A DNA stretch of 14,582 bases, taken from Candidatus Hadarchaeota archaeon. GTDB lineage: Archaea; Hadarchaeota; Hadarchaeia; Hadarchaeales; Hadarchaeaceae. Both the position numbers and the translations under genes were made by a program. Location: positions 1 through 14,582 of the forward strand of contig JBFMBF010000027.1 in the NCBI GenBank assembly GCA_040755315.1, read 5' to 3'. The notes under the pieces are model-generated. The model did no database searches and was not told the DNA's origin. It saw nothing but the letters and a program-made list of their open reading frames with translations. Of the stretch, positions 13,796 through 14,582 are shown piece by piece. Position 1 is the first letter of the stretch, and each line of letters starts with the position of its first letter.

Positions 13796-14467
13796 ATGAA
13801 AAGAATTGCCGCAAGCCTGTTTGTGATAGTCATGGTATTAGCAGTTATAGGCACGGTAAGCTTGGGCGCGGCGGACACCTATCCTGCCCCGACATTGCAA
13901 TCCCCCGAAAGCGGGACATTGGTCACAATCGGCGACATCACATTCAGCTGGAGCGCCGAGGCCGAGGCAAATTATTACCTGCTGGAAAGTTCGACCGACC
14001 AAGTGGACTGGAGTGTTTTCTCCACCAGCCAGCCATCCTTTCTTACCGCAACCAGCTGGACGCTTTCTTCAAGCGAGTTGAATTCCAAAGTATACACCAC
14101 CGACAAGGCAGACACTTTTTACTGGAAGGTCAGGACTTTAAGCGGCCCCTACAACAATTACAGCCCCTACTCGAGCACGTGGAACTTCAGCGTCCTGAAG
14201 ACGCCCTGGGGTTGGATTGATGCCAATTACTGGAACGCCATTACTTCGTCTTCGACAGACAATCAGACGCAGTTGGAATCAATGGCAAGTTATTCCGCTC
14301 TGGGCAGTTGGACAACTACCAGACTTCAGGCTTGGAACTCGATTTATACGGCCATCACGAGCCTCAGCAGCGTTCAACTGGTGTGGAGCGACCGCAGCGA
14401 CGACAGCCAGCCGACGCCAGTGGCTTTTGCCAGCCGTTATAAAATCCAAATCTCCGTACGTATTTAG
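13796..14467 (+). pseudogene. secreted Ser/Thr-rich protein with an FN3-like domain, truncated by an IS66 insertion at 14455/14456
   Basis: Signal peptide MKRIAASLFVIVMVLAVIGTVSLGAA and FN3-like P.L.SP..G......TFSWS....A.YY.LE...TFYWKVR....SPYS..WNF. A second similar strand (ASRYKIQIS) is cut off, and the last residues (VRI*) come from the IS end. Confidence 0.7.
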
Positions 14468-14582
14468 CTTTTTGACCACGCCGTGACGAGCGCCTCTGAT
14501 AGTGCTTGAGCTGGATCCAATCCGCGCAGCTCCCATGTCGCCAGCATCGTCATCATTGTCTCGTGGATGCTTGTGCCCTTCT
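14456..14582 (-). mobile_element. downstream end of an IS66-family element (ISBst12-like): transposase C-terminus (14464->14582) and terminal inverted repeat
   Basis: Minus-frame translation KGTSIHETMMTMLATWELRGLDPAQALSEALVTAWSKS* resembles IS66 transposase C-termini. The stop lies within a terminal GTACGTATTTAGC starting at 14456, similar to the GTA(A)-initiated IS66 IRs. Confidence 0.72.

Overview
Archaeal genomic window; the gene set and surface-protein style suggest Hadarchaeota or a relative, which is inference only. The left part (1-10300) is mostly core genome: a ZIP transporter start, a TraB-domain protein, the riboflavin-pathway reductase ArfC, tRNA-His(GUG) with a 22-nt BHB intron in the T-loop (59/60), small hypothetical genes, an AcnX/DUF126 small subunit, a 1041-aa beta-helix/PGF-pre-PGF surface protein, EF-2 outside the str operon, and a DUF1512 protein. 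The right part is a tRNA-Leu hotspot. It holds an isolated tRNA-Leu 5' half with a TATA-like box and T-run (candidate split tRNA) and a complete tRNA-Leu(CAG) with two BHB introns (32/33 and 37/38). Next is a ~2.9-kb integrase-less islet bounded by a 21-bp duplication of the tRNA 3' end and subdivided by a 19-bp repeat. The islet carries two membrane proteins, HicB plus a nonsense-inactivated HicA, and an MNT-HEPN pair. The window ends with a secreted FN3-like gene interrupted by an IS66-family element.
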